Positions 12,250 through 22,312 of a stretch of 64,000 bases of DNA are shown here, one piece after another. Origin of the DNA: Spongospora subterranea f. sp. subterranea. Its lineage: Eukaryota. The stretch is from the NCBI GenBank assembly GCA_049724395.1, contig JAUGWO010000107.1:310001-374000 (forward strand), given 5' to 3'. A model generated the notes under the pieces. The model did no database searches. It was not told where the DNA came from and saw nothing but the letters and a program-made list of their open reading frames with translations. Position 1 is the first letter of the stretch. The number at the start of each line of letters is the position of its first letter. Position numbers and translations under genes: made by a program.

Positions 12250-12615
12250 TCGGTTTCCTGTTGCGCTTCTGAAGTACAAAAAGGAGGCAGGATGAAGCTG
12301 TATTTCTTAGTATAAAGGCGGCCACAAACAGTCTATTCGGCGCTACTGGGATACGAGAGTCCGCCAATATACCGCTGTAAAAACTATTGCAAGTATCACA
12401 ACCGGCGATAGATGGCGCTGATTTTTTCAAATAGATCTCGTCATCTGCTTGGATCTGCATCGTTTTCTCTTTGGCTTCTTAACAGAGTAATGGCGTACTT
12501 TGAAAAGCACAACATGACGTTGGTATACGGTAACACAGACTCTTTCTTCATGAAGCCCCAGAAATCACATGCTTCACCAATCGATGTTCAAACGGAGGTC
12601 GATTCCATGCACTAG
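12250..12615 (+). pseudogene. Degraded family-B DNA polymerase fragment (motifs B and C)
   Basis: IKAATNSLFGATG (KxxxNSxYG motif) from 12312; after a frameshift TIASITTGDRW; after a 59-nt insertion LLNRVMAYFEKHNMTLVYGNTDSFF (YGDTDS motif with D>N). Confidence 0.8.
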
Positions 12616-13259
12616 GAACTTCCATGATGATCGTTTTGCCAATTCCACGTCCAGTTAATTACGATCCGAAATATGACAGCGATTACAAAAGACGTTGTTG
12701 ACGGTTTTCATGCACGTTAACAAGACGATAGAGGTTCTTCTACACATTATGTGTAATTATCTAACACAGGAGCTCCATTAAAACAAGTTGTAGCAGAAAT
12801 GTCAGGGTTTTAGGGCCTGCAGTGAAAGTTTGAACATGGCCATGGCGATTTAACAAAAGCCCCATTAACAGGTGCAGTATACGAATGATTTGTGTTTTCT
12901 AGTGAGTTTTGTGGAATACAATCCATAATTTATTCTTGACGTAAACAGCAAACTTTACTACGGTGACCATACATTTCAAGGGCGCGAAACCAACTGTGAT
13001 CGACATGTACTGTCTTTTGTTAACACGATAGAAACTAATTTAGATAGTGTTTGCATGGGTATATGACAATGGGCATTATTTGGCCTTGGCCAACTTGCAT
13101 ATTTGTTTACAGTGTCCATCAGCGCGATATTGCAACCAGGCTGAGGATTGAGCAATCCTCTTGGGGCATACTGATCAGTCTGCCAGACCAATCCATAAAT
13201 CGTCTCGCTATTTTCGGTCAGGGTAAATTCATGCCCGTTCGTTTGATCTTGGATTAGCC

Positions 13260-14397
13260 ATGGCGTCTGATCGGGTCAAGAGTCTGGTGATTTTAGCTGG
13301 ATCATTAGGGATCTGCACCGGATGGGCCACAGCAGTTCTGTTTTTTGTTCTCGAGAAGCGAACGACTGGCCCAGTGAAGCAAGATGATTATGGGAAGATC
13401 CCTTTACCTGATCATGATGCCGCCAAATATGGCCTTCCGAGTATGCCACACACATTTTGTCTCGTTATGTTGTATTGTTGAGCTTTGAACGTTGTCGTAG
13501 CGAAATCCACACGATCTGATCGATTATGTAACAGATTCAATGGGACTTCGAGTCCAAAAGGAATACGTTGTGGCATTCGATTGGCGTACCAGAAATCCCT
13601 TATGGGTTGCTCAAACATTAAAGGCCGAAGATCGTCCCAAAGGTATGGCGTTAATTGCATTCAGGAGAAAGATGTCACGATATCGAGATTCGATTTTGAA
13701 TTTAGATAGACCCAGCAGACAAGGGATCGGATTTACTGTCGATAAATCGGTTCCTCAATTGTTCCGCACCCATGCCAAAGATTTCACCAATTCGGGGTTT
13801 GATCGCGGGCATCTGGCACCAGCTGGGGATTCAATATCACAAGAGGGCCTGAAAGAAACATTTCTTATGGTCAACATCAGTCCACAAGTTGGGAAAGGGT
13901 TCAATCAGGACTATTTGGTGCGGTTTGAACAGTTTGTTCGTCGTCTGTTGAATCGCTATGAAGGTTAGGATCACACTTGTCAGATTATTATGCATTGATC
14001 CAATTTCTGTTGAATCTTAGAAGTCAATATCATATCTGGACCTTTATTTATTCCCGAGTCTAACAATGCGAACGTCGTTCAATACCCTGTGATTGAGAAT
14101 AATATTGCAGTTCCGACTCATTTCTTTAAAGCTGTTTTGACATCGAAATCGACAGTATTCGGTGGGAAACAATATCAAGCTGCAACATTCATTTTCCCAA
14201 ACAAGCCAATCGATCCATCCACAAAACTGCTGTCCTTCAGGGTTCCACTAAAGCATCTGGAGTCCAAAGCTGGACTCTTGTTATGGGATCAGATCGACCG
14301 AAGTCAAATCTCTGATCTGTGTTCACCGACTGCGATTGATTGTTCTCTTGGTCGTCTTGCAAAAAACAAACAGAAAACCTTCCGACAAGGTATATGA
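13260..14397 (+). CDS. ENDOG: Mitochondrial endonuclease G / Nuc1 (multi-exon)
   Basis: YVVAFDWRTRNPLWV, SGFDRGHLAPAGD (DRGH active site), NISPQVGKGFNQ, AVPTHFFK. Confidence 0.92.
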
Positions 14398-14870
14398 CGA
14401 ACACAAAATAAATGAATTAGTTCTTCATTTCCATTGATGGATGGTTTTTGCGTTTGTGTCAGTTTTTATCATTGTCTTATGGAAGCGGTCTGTGGCTGTA
14501 CAACCTCCTCCTTCCAAGCAATTACTCCGATCCTATGAATCAACGGTCGTGATAAGGACGATGACTTTATACAAAACCATTAATTCGTCATCTTATACTA
14601 ATAATTCAGCATCAAAGCTAGAAGACCTGTAATATACCTTTAGTTGAGGGATACGGGATTGAATGGTATTCGATGGCCAACGGGGTACACATTACAGCTG
14701 TAACGGGAAATAGGTCGGCCCTTGAGACAGTTGCCCCTGTACAGTACCGTAACTGGGTCACGTTCACAACTCCGTAGCCTGTCGTCCTGTTACAGGGTGG
14801 GGCCAAGGGCGCCAGGCAGCAGTACGAGAGGATAACAATCATCATTTCCTATCGAATCCGAATCTTTACA

Positions 14871-15398
14871 ATGCAGACTTGCGATCCGACCTGCCAGGAG
14901 GAAAGGATCGTTCCCGCTTCACGACGCCCGGATGGTAGCATGCGGAAACCTATTCGAATTAGGGCCGGATTCAAAAGCGATGGCGACTATGTGCCGTTCA
15001 AGCCCAGCGTGATCCAAGCGAGGGACATCGAACTTGAGAGAATGGCGGAAGAGAAGAGGCGACAAACTAAGGCACTGATTGCCCAGAATAATGCCCCTCC
15101 CAAAGTTCGGAGGAAAAAAACGAAGAAACCTTCTAAACCCGACGTTGCAGTGGAAGAATTAACGAAAAAGGTTGAAGTTATGACTTTAAATCCAATTGCA
15201 CACGGGAACAAATTGAGGAACTTGAGGAAGAAGCTAAATCAAACAGAGGAATTAAAACTTCGTGTTGACACTGGTGAGGTGATTCCCAGCCCCGAGCAAA
15301 TTATGAAGATAAGCAAACTCCTGCAGTTGAAGGATGAGATCGAGCAGCTAAAACAGGAAATCATCGATTACGGCAATACAATTCAGAGCGGATTATAA
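14871..15398 (+). CDS. PYM1: Partner of Y14 and Mago (PYM/WIBG)
   Basis: IVPASRRPDGSMRKPIRIRAGF Mago-binding motif and C-terminal KLRNLRKKL...EQIMKI. Confidence 0.9.
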   Translation: MQTCDPTCQEERIVPASRRPDGSMRKPIRIRAGFKSDGDYVPFKPSVIQARDIELERMAEEKRRQTKALIAQNNAPPKVRRKKTKKPSKPDVAVEELTKKVEVMTLNPIAHGNKLRNLRKKLNQTEELKLRVDTGEVIPSPEQIMKISKLLQLKDEIEQLKQEIIDYGNTIQSGL

Positions 15399-16040
15399 TA
15401 ATGGCGATAGTGCCTCTCGTTTATTCCGTGTCTGACGACGCTGTTCGGCGAGATTGTCCATTAGCCGCTGCGTTAGGTTGTCTGAAGACCAAATTTGCAT
15501 ATCGGACAGCGGCGCCGTATTCCTGTCTTGGAGTGCCGGATTGAGAACGGCAATATCGAACACCAGGAGATGATGCCTAGATTGAGAAACTGTATTGATG
15601 ATGTGGCGAAGCGCTCGACAAGCGTCGGCCTTTCTCAGATCAATAAGCACGATCTCGGCTAACGCAATGGCCATCGCTCGAATGCCACCCAATTCGGAGA
15701 TCCTGAATCATGTTCAAAGCTTTTTCATTAGAAAGTATTGCCCGCCCTACCACAGAACAGCTTGAGCGCGATGGTCATTGGGTATTTGTGGATGGATAAA
15801 TATGGAGGAGGCTAAAAGCGTGGCTCAGAAGGTGGCGCGGCGACCACGACACAAAACAAACAAATCACCTTGGAATATATGTTGAACGGTCGGCTGTTCT
15901 GGTTCGAGGTCAATTACTGCAGCTGGGCCATTAGACATTACGAGAGCGCTCTGCTGTACGGGTCCAGGAATTGGCCTTGGAGAGGCCAATATTTTGAAGA
16001 ATTCGTGCTGACCAGCAGCATTCTTCCTCTTACTGCCCAT
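15393..16040 (-). CDS. Hypothetical protein (multi-exon)
   Basis: ATG ORF 15825-16040 and ORF 15393-15692 joinable through short GT-AG introns; no family recognised. Confidence 0.5.
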
Positions 16041-16099
16041 GATCAGGTTCCGAAACCCCTATAAAACAGGCATTGAAAGGCACTGCTTAGGAGCAAATA

Positions 16100-17449
16100 C
16101 AGCAACACTCTACAGACTTCCTGAATTTGGGTCAGAGAGGCGTCTTTCTCATAGTCGAACGGAATGGCGAAAGCGTATATATTTCTCGGCTGAACCTTCT
16201 GAACGAGTTCTCTGGCTATAGCATGTTATTCAGGTTGACACCAGAATATATTCCCAAACAGAAAACAACCTTCGCGTAGACTAGGGAATATCACTCGTCA
16301 ATCGTTAAAGTCACAACCATATACGATTATCATAACCTCGAGTGCATTGAATATAAAACTCGGTGCACACCGAGATCCGACTTGATTAGAGTTTGATCGC
16401 AAGCAGCGTTTCTTGCAAACCACATGGCAGACGTTTTGATGAAAAGGCAACGAACCCGTGAAGTCGTCTGAAAAACGTGGATTCAATATAAAACTGACGA
16501 CGGAGAAGCTGCTGTTGAACAGCAAACCTGTGCCTCAATAGCCTCTTGAAACTGGCTCGAAGAGCAAACATGAAATCGTAGCGAAGGATCAGAGCTAGAC
16601 AAGTTCTGAAAGAACGGGATTGCGTTCAACACTTTGAGATCGCGACTAAATGGTTGTGAGAGCTATTGATGTGTGCGATTATGGAGAACTAACGGGTCCA
16701 TGTTAAAGTATAACTTTGATCGGTATTTGCCATGAATGGCGTCCAGAATATGTTCACCACCTAATGCTAAACAAGACAGGATGATTCGCGTATGGGGTGG
16801 CGTCTGGTCAATTAAGTTGATGATCGTGGTGATGGACTGATCATGGCTGGGGAAATCCAGACACGACCTTGAACAGAATGTGGCATCCATCTGCAGGGCA
16901 ATCAGGATTGAGTTCCGCAATCACCTGATTTCATCTCTGACAAACCGCAAGATGATCAAGGCGGGCAGAGTTGATGATATTTATCATCTCTGATTGGTTG
17001 TCCAATTGCGAGAGGCGGAAATCCCCTGTATGAAGAATTCGCCCAACACGACTGGACTCGAACAAAATCATGACCGATCCAGAGCAATGCCCTGCATTGA
17101 ACATGGTAAAACATAGCGTTGAGTGATGCTGCTGATGGATTTGGGCCTGATTCAAAGGGCAAGCGATGATTAAATGACTATTGAGGGATGGGAATTTAGC
17201 GATCAGCATTAACCTGGTCTCATTACTACAGTAAATGAGACCAGATTGAAATCCATCATGGAATCCCTGTAAATGATCTACAAACAGGGTCAGGTTCAGG
17301 TCATAGGGGAATTGATGGCGCTATCAGATCAGACCGGAATGAAGATGGGTCAAAAAGAAGACAGGATTATCATGTCGAATGGGACCCCAATTATCAACAT
17401 ATATTCCATGGCGTTGAAGATCAGTGAATGCGATGAAGGATCGCGCCAT
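16100..17449 (-). CDS. SNM1/Apollo/Artemis-like (DCLRE1 family) metallo-beta-lactamase/beta-CASP nuclease; 3' end approximate
   Basis: FFLTHLHS|DHLQG (HxHxDH across an intron), IYCS, AGHCSGSVMILF, ILHTGDFR, MDATFC...FPS. Confidence 0.85.
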
Positions 17450-17559
17450 TGTCCATGACCCTGGAAATGCCCAGGTCGGCAATCGGGTACAGTCAGGGTT
17501 TGATAGCGCCAACAGGGGGCATTGACCAAGTCCGGATTCACTGAAACCGGTTTAGCCAC

Positions 17560-18311
17560 ATGGCCGATCAATCTCGGCTCAAACAACAACATGATCAATG
17601 TGAGGAATGGAAATCGCAGGCGCTCAAGAGCCCATTTGTTCGGTTTATGGTTGACGCGATGACCAGATCCGGTTGTCGTGTCGATGAGCGTTATTTTCGC
17701 TGCGTCCCATGCGTGGAACAGGTTGGCGGTGGACTATATTATGATGATAAAGGACACACATCTGTAGTCCTTTGTGAAAACCGCCTGGTTAGCCAAGATC
17801 AGACGACGACGGCCTCAGTGCATGAGCTGATCCATGCATTTGATCATTGTCGAGCTGAGCAGGATATTCACAATCTGGTTCATCATGCTTGTACTGAGGT
17901 CGCATTCACATCACCAATCCACTCGTTTTCATTTCAAAAAACAAATCTGTTCGAATTCTGTATTTTATTGAGCCTTCTTCATAAATTGTTGCCAGAGTTG
18001 CCCTTTGACGCATTATTGCTCAATTTTATTCAGATCAGGGCAGCTAATCTATCGGGAGATTGCCATTGGCGCCGTGAAATATCCAGGGGTAACTTCAATC
18101 TGGTCAAGTAAATTGATATCAATCGGATTCTGTTTTCAATATGATCCTCAACGTGTTTCTCAGACAACATCAAAACTGTGTTAGGAGACGAGCGATCTTG
18201 TCGGTATCGATGAATCCTGCGTGTTCTAGTGAAGCCGATGCAGCTGCAGCCGTCGACACCGCATGGGAAGTCTGTTTTGCTGACACGGCACCGTTTGAGC
18301 GAATACCCTAA
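17560..18311 (+). CDS. ATP23: Mitochondrial inner-membrane metalloprotease ATP23
   Basis: HELIHAFDHCR (HExxH), HHACTE|IRAANLSGDC, last exon QHQNCVRRRAILSVSMNPAC...DTAPFERIP*. Confidence 0.93.
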
Positions 18312-18751
18312 AAGCGCCCTTGAGTCACGATCTCGATATTCATGAAGGATTGTTTGTATTAATGAGGTTAATCCAATCCCATTATATGGGTCAACGGAAG
18401 ATCGTGTTCCGAAGTAATACAGATCACCCGATACCAGAAAGGAACTAGACGATGCCTTGGTCTCAATAGAGCTCTAACTCCCAGATCATATCTATTGAGG
18501 GCCTACAGGTTTAGGCACATGATGATCAGAATTCTTTGTCTCATATCAAATCATAGTTTCAATGCACGGGATGAGATCTGGTTAAGTGTAGGTGAATAAG
18601 TTGTTCGGTTAAACTGGGTCACAAAAAACATCAATTGTCACAATCATATACTCCTAGACTTTTGAATTGTTAAGGTAGAGGCCAGCATGGATATTGCATA
18701 TCAACGGATTGCTTGAATAAGGTTCTACGCAATACAATCGTCTATGGAGTA

Positions 18752-20351
18752 CTCCCTCTGTCCCGCACTTTCTGTTTTGTCCCAGAATGTCTGGCCGGTA
18801 TTTTTATTGAGTGGGCGATACTCTCAATCGAGTGAGCTCAATAAGTTCTTTGTCGACATCAAGAGTGATCGGGAGAGTTCCGGCGCGCTGCATGGCCTCT
18901 TTCCCCGTATGGGGAATCTTGTATCCTATACCTCCACCGTTCTGCATCGTCTCTCGCATGCACTGTTGCCAGGTCAAGAACACGAAGTGCAGCTTCTCTT
19001 CCGTTAATTGTTGAAAGGCATTTTGTACTTCGTGGATGAGGTCGTCGACATTCCGTGGGGCACATTGGTGCTGAATCGATTGAATTGCATTGAAAAACCC
19101 AAGTCAAGGACGTTCATGTCGGGGTTATTAGGTGGCTGACACCGAAGGATGATATCGAAGCCATCAGATCCCGCAGCCTCAACGAAGGCCTTGTCTAAAG
19201 ATGATAAATGCGGCTTGGCATTATCCTGCTGTATGAAAATTTAACAACTATTGGCCATAGAGCGTGGCCATCGAGACCGAATCGCTGGAAGAACATTTTC
19301 CAACAACATGCAGCGATAGGATTCTTTCGTGACAGTAATGGGTTTTGTCACAAGTGTTCCAACAACACGGTTCTTGCTACCTCGTTTTGCCGGTTCCTTG
19401 ATGACGAACGGCCATATACCAAGCTTGCCGTCAAACTGTGTTTTTCGGTGTTGGTCGAATCTGGGTCGAGCGACGGCCGCCAAAAACATGACCTTTTCAA
19501 TAAATCGCTTCGATTTGCACGAACGCAGTGGTTCAGGCTCGCCATCTGCCAGGTAATAGATTCTGGTCGCTTTCGTCATGAAGAACCATTTTTCGTCCAC
19601 GTGGACAATGTCGAACATGTTTTGGAAACTATTGGTGCCCTCCTGCAACATCGACAAACAGAATTTCAGCCTCTCGATCTTGTTTGAATCCGTCAAATAA
19701 TGGCTTTATGGAATTCGAATGCCTTCGAATGGTTCCTTCTTTGACGCGTCGACCTAAGGTAGCGCGCGGAATGCCAGTTGCCTTTGCCATGGAACGAATA
19801 GTGGAGCGACGATTAAGCGGTACGTCAACCAGGACAGATGAGATATCCTCGATTGTCTTCTTGCGGCCGCAAGTCCCAAAATTGGCGTCGACACAAGGAA
19901 CCAAGGCACCCTCTGATATCTGTTGCTGCGCCCGACTCCAGATTCGGCTGACCGTCTTCCACCCGACAGAGAAATGACCAGCAATCTCTGTAAACGCACC
20001 CTTCACTGCCTTGCCATCTCGTAACTTCGTCAGAAGCAATTGGTAAATTGCCTGGCGCTGCTCGTTGCTTGAAACGACATGGTGGTTTGATTGCTCATCT
20101 TCCCATCAGTCAATTTGGGAATCGATTACCATTATTTTGAGGGCTGGGCGGGTCATTCCGTCATGGTCATGCAAAACCGCATTTTTACCGCTTCACATTT
20201 TCGCAACTGTTGGGGAACCTTTGTCACTCGATAGCTTGCTGGGTAGATGCGAGATCTTTCCATCAAGCTATAAAACTACTTCCATGCGCTAAAATTCACC
20301 TTAATCCCACGGAGTAAAGTGTACCGGCCAGACATTATGGGACAGAGGGAG
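18752..20351 (-). mobile_element. Tc1/mariner DNA transposon, DD39D type, frameshifted transposase
   Basis: TA-flanked TIRs CTCCCTCTGTCCC...AATGTCTGGCCGGTA at both ends; HVDEKWF, QQDNAKPH and PPNNPDMNVLDLGF with exactly 39 residues between the last two catalytic Asp. Confidence 0.95.
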
Positions 20352-20390
20352 TATTTTACAGATGTTGTGAAACGGAGGAATATTAATTAA

Positions 20391-21672
20391 TTAATGGCGA
20401 TGATCATAATCAATTGATTGGGCACGAGCTCTCAGATTAGAATGGGGCTTGATAGGGTTCACAATGGTTCGGCACGTGGGATTTGTACAATGAGCACAGT
20501 TCAGATTATATTGTGTGGAACACAGTTCCTGGGTCGACAAGTGCCTGTGAACAATATCGGAGAGCGCGTCGACAAATATTGGGGAGTCATTGAGCGAGGG
20601 TGCCCGAGCATAAGTAACAATCCCAGATTTACGTGCCGCATCTAAACATCATTGAAAAACATTTCAGTGAAATAACGAACGGTTTCCTACCAGCATATTG
20701 AATATCCAGTTCATATAAAGTCTCAACATGATCAGAGGTAAATCCTATAGGAACCACAACCACATGTCGATGGCCGCTTTTTGCCAAGCCGTCAATTATG
20801 GATGACGTATTGGGCCCGACCCATGGAAGGAACCCGATCTTGGATTGCCAGGCGTGGACATATGAATGGGAATGGGCCAGGCGAGCCATGACCAGCTGGA
20901 CCGTCGCCCCCATCTCTTGTGCATATGGATCCCCACGAGTAATGATCTTCTGAGGCAGGGAATGGGATGAGAATACGATGACGGCGCCGTCACGAGCAGA
21001 TCCCTCTGGAACCATATCCAGTCCTCGTTTAACACAATCAGCAACACTTTGAGTCACCCAATCAGTTGTAGACACACTAGTGACAACGACTAAATACCTA
21101 TGAATATATCCTGGATGGGTTGGCCATCGATCAATAACAGACCACTGGAACTGTTTGTTCATATTGAGCCTGTCTAATTCCCTCCATAGTTGGTTAAGGC
21201 TGGATCCAGAAGTGGTGCAAGAGAACTGTGGATATTGGCTGAAAGCGACCGCTCTGCTGACACCATCCTCTCTCATCTGCTCTAGCGCCATCTCGGTTAA
21301 TGGATCAGCATATCGAAATGCTGTGTATGCTTTATGAGGGGCGGTCGATGGCGACAATTGATCCAATTGTTGCGCTAATTTCCGCCCTTGAACATCAGTC
21401 CAATGACCAATTGGACTTCCTCCACCTATATCGCCATATTGGCCCTGAATCTTACTTGTTCGCCGGTCAGCAATAAATGGTCCCTAATTGAAACTTAATT
21501 TTTAATTCGCCGAGCGCGTCCAAAGGAATTGATATTACAAGTGTCGACTGCAATCGCCCTAAATCAATAATCTCATTATCACCAAATAGTCGTCTTAGGA
21601 AAGGGTTCACATGTTTAGAGATGTTGGCCCCCCATGTTTCAGCATCACGACCCCCGTTTTGATCGGCTTCAT
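20391..21672 (-). CDS. FECH: Ferrochelatase (multi-exon; start approximate)
   Basis: IGGGSPI, AFRYADPLTE, FSQYPQFSCTTSGSS, FSSHSLP...GDPY, WQSKIG...W.GP, FTSDHVETLYELD; C-terminal CAHCTNPTC cysteine cluster; stop at 20391-20393. Confidence 0.93.
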
Positions 21673-21824
21673 GGCGATAGTATATGGCGGCAATACCGCC
21701 ACCGCCACGGATGTGATAAGTGTCGCTGCGACCAAACCATGCCGGCTAACCTAGAACGTCAAACCCATCAACATTGACCCAATAAATGAGAATAACAGCA
21801 GCTGTATTTATTGAAGGAGTATGA

Positions 21825-22250
21825 TCAGGTTTCTGATAGCCAATTAGTGATCTGGTTCGTGGCCGCTTCTGATTTGAGATACAATTCTTGGATAACTGAT
21901 TCCACAACAGATAGATGTTTAACCGATAAGTATATAGATAATATTACCATCGATAACGCTGCGATTATGATTGAAAACAACAGCCTAGTATATACATCGA
22001 TACGAAATGGAGGCGATTTAGGAACAGTTCGAGATGAAGAAACGTCCTCAACACGCTCTTTAACAACACCGTCTACACCAGAATTCTCGTCGCGTCCACC
22101 AGAATTCTCGCATTCACCAAACTTCCTTGCTGTCAGAGCTGATGATTTAGGAAGACCTTCTCGTGGAGTCTTTGGCGTATGTGTTTTGATAACCCGTTTG
22201 ATCAATACCTTGGGCGATTGAGGTAAATCATGTTGGACATCAGATTTACA
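21825..22250 (-). CDS. Hypothetical membrane-anchored protein, 5' end missing or unclear
   Basis: Open frame with TM segment LLFSIIIAALSMVILSIYL followed by aataaa; no in-frame ATG found before the adjacent transposon. Confidence 0.4.
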   Translation of the reverse strand, partial: CKSDVQHDLPQSPKVLIKRVIKTHTPKTPREGLPKSSALTARKFGECENSGGRDENSGVDGVVKERVEDVSSSRTVPKSPPFRIDVYTRLLFSIIIAALSMVILSIYLSVKHLSVVESVIQELYLKSEAATNQITNWLSET

Positions 22251-22312
22251 GCTGTTGGTGCCTGCGGGTCGTCATTATTCTAAGGGCAACTAGAAAAAAC
22301 TGGATCAAAAAG

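Noticed and set aside
11723..12295. 190-aa ORF as a real membrane protein
   Set aside because: Starts at a non-ATG codon and its length is largely due to the 105-bp duplication; only its last codons may belong to the PolB relic.
12800..12816. Telomere-like cagggttttaggg
   Set aside because: Fewer than two full units; expected by chance.
14441..14845. Small Cys-rich secreted protein on the minus strand
   Set aside because: No family motif, no convincing exon chain and only a weak signal peptide.
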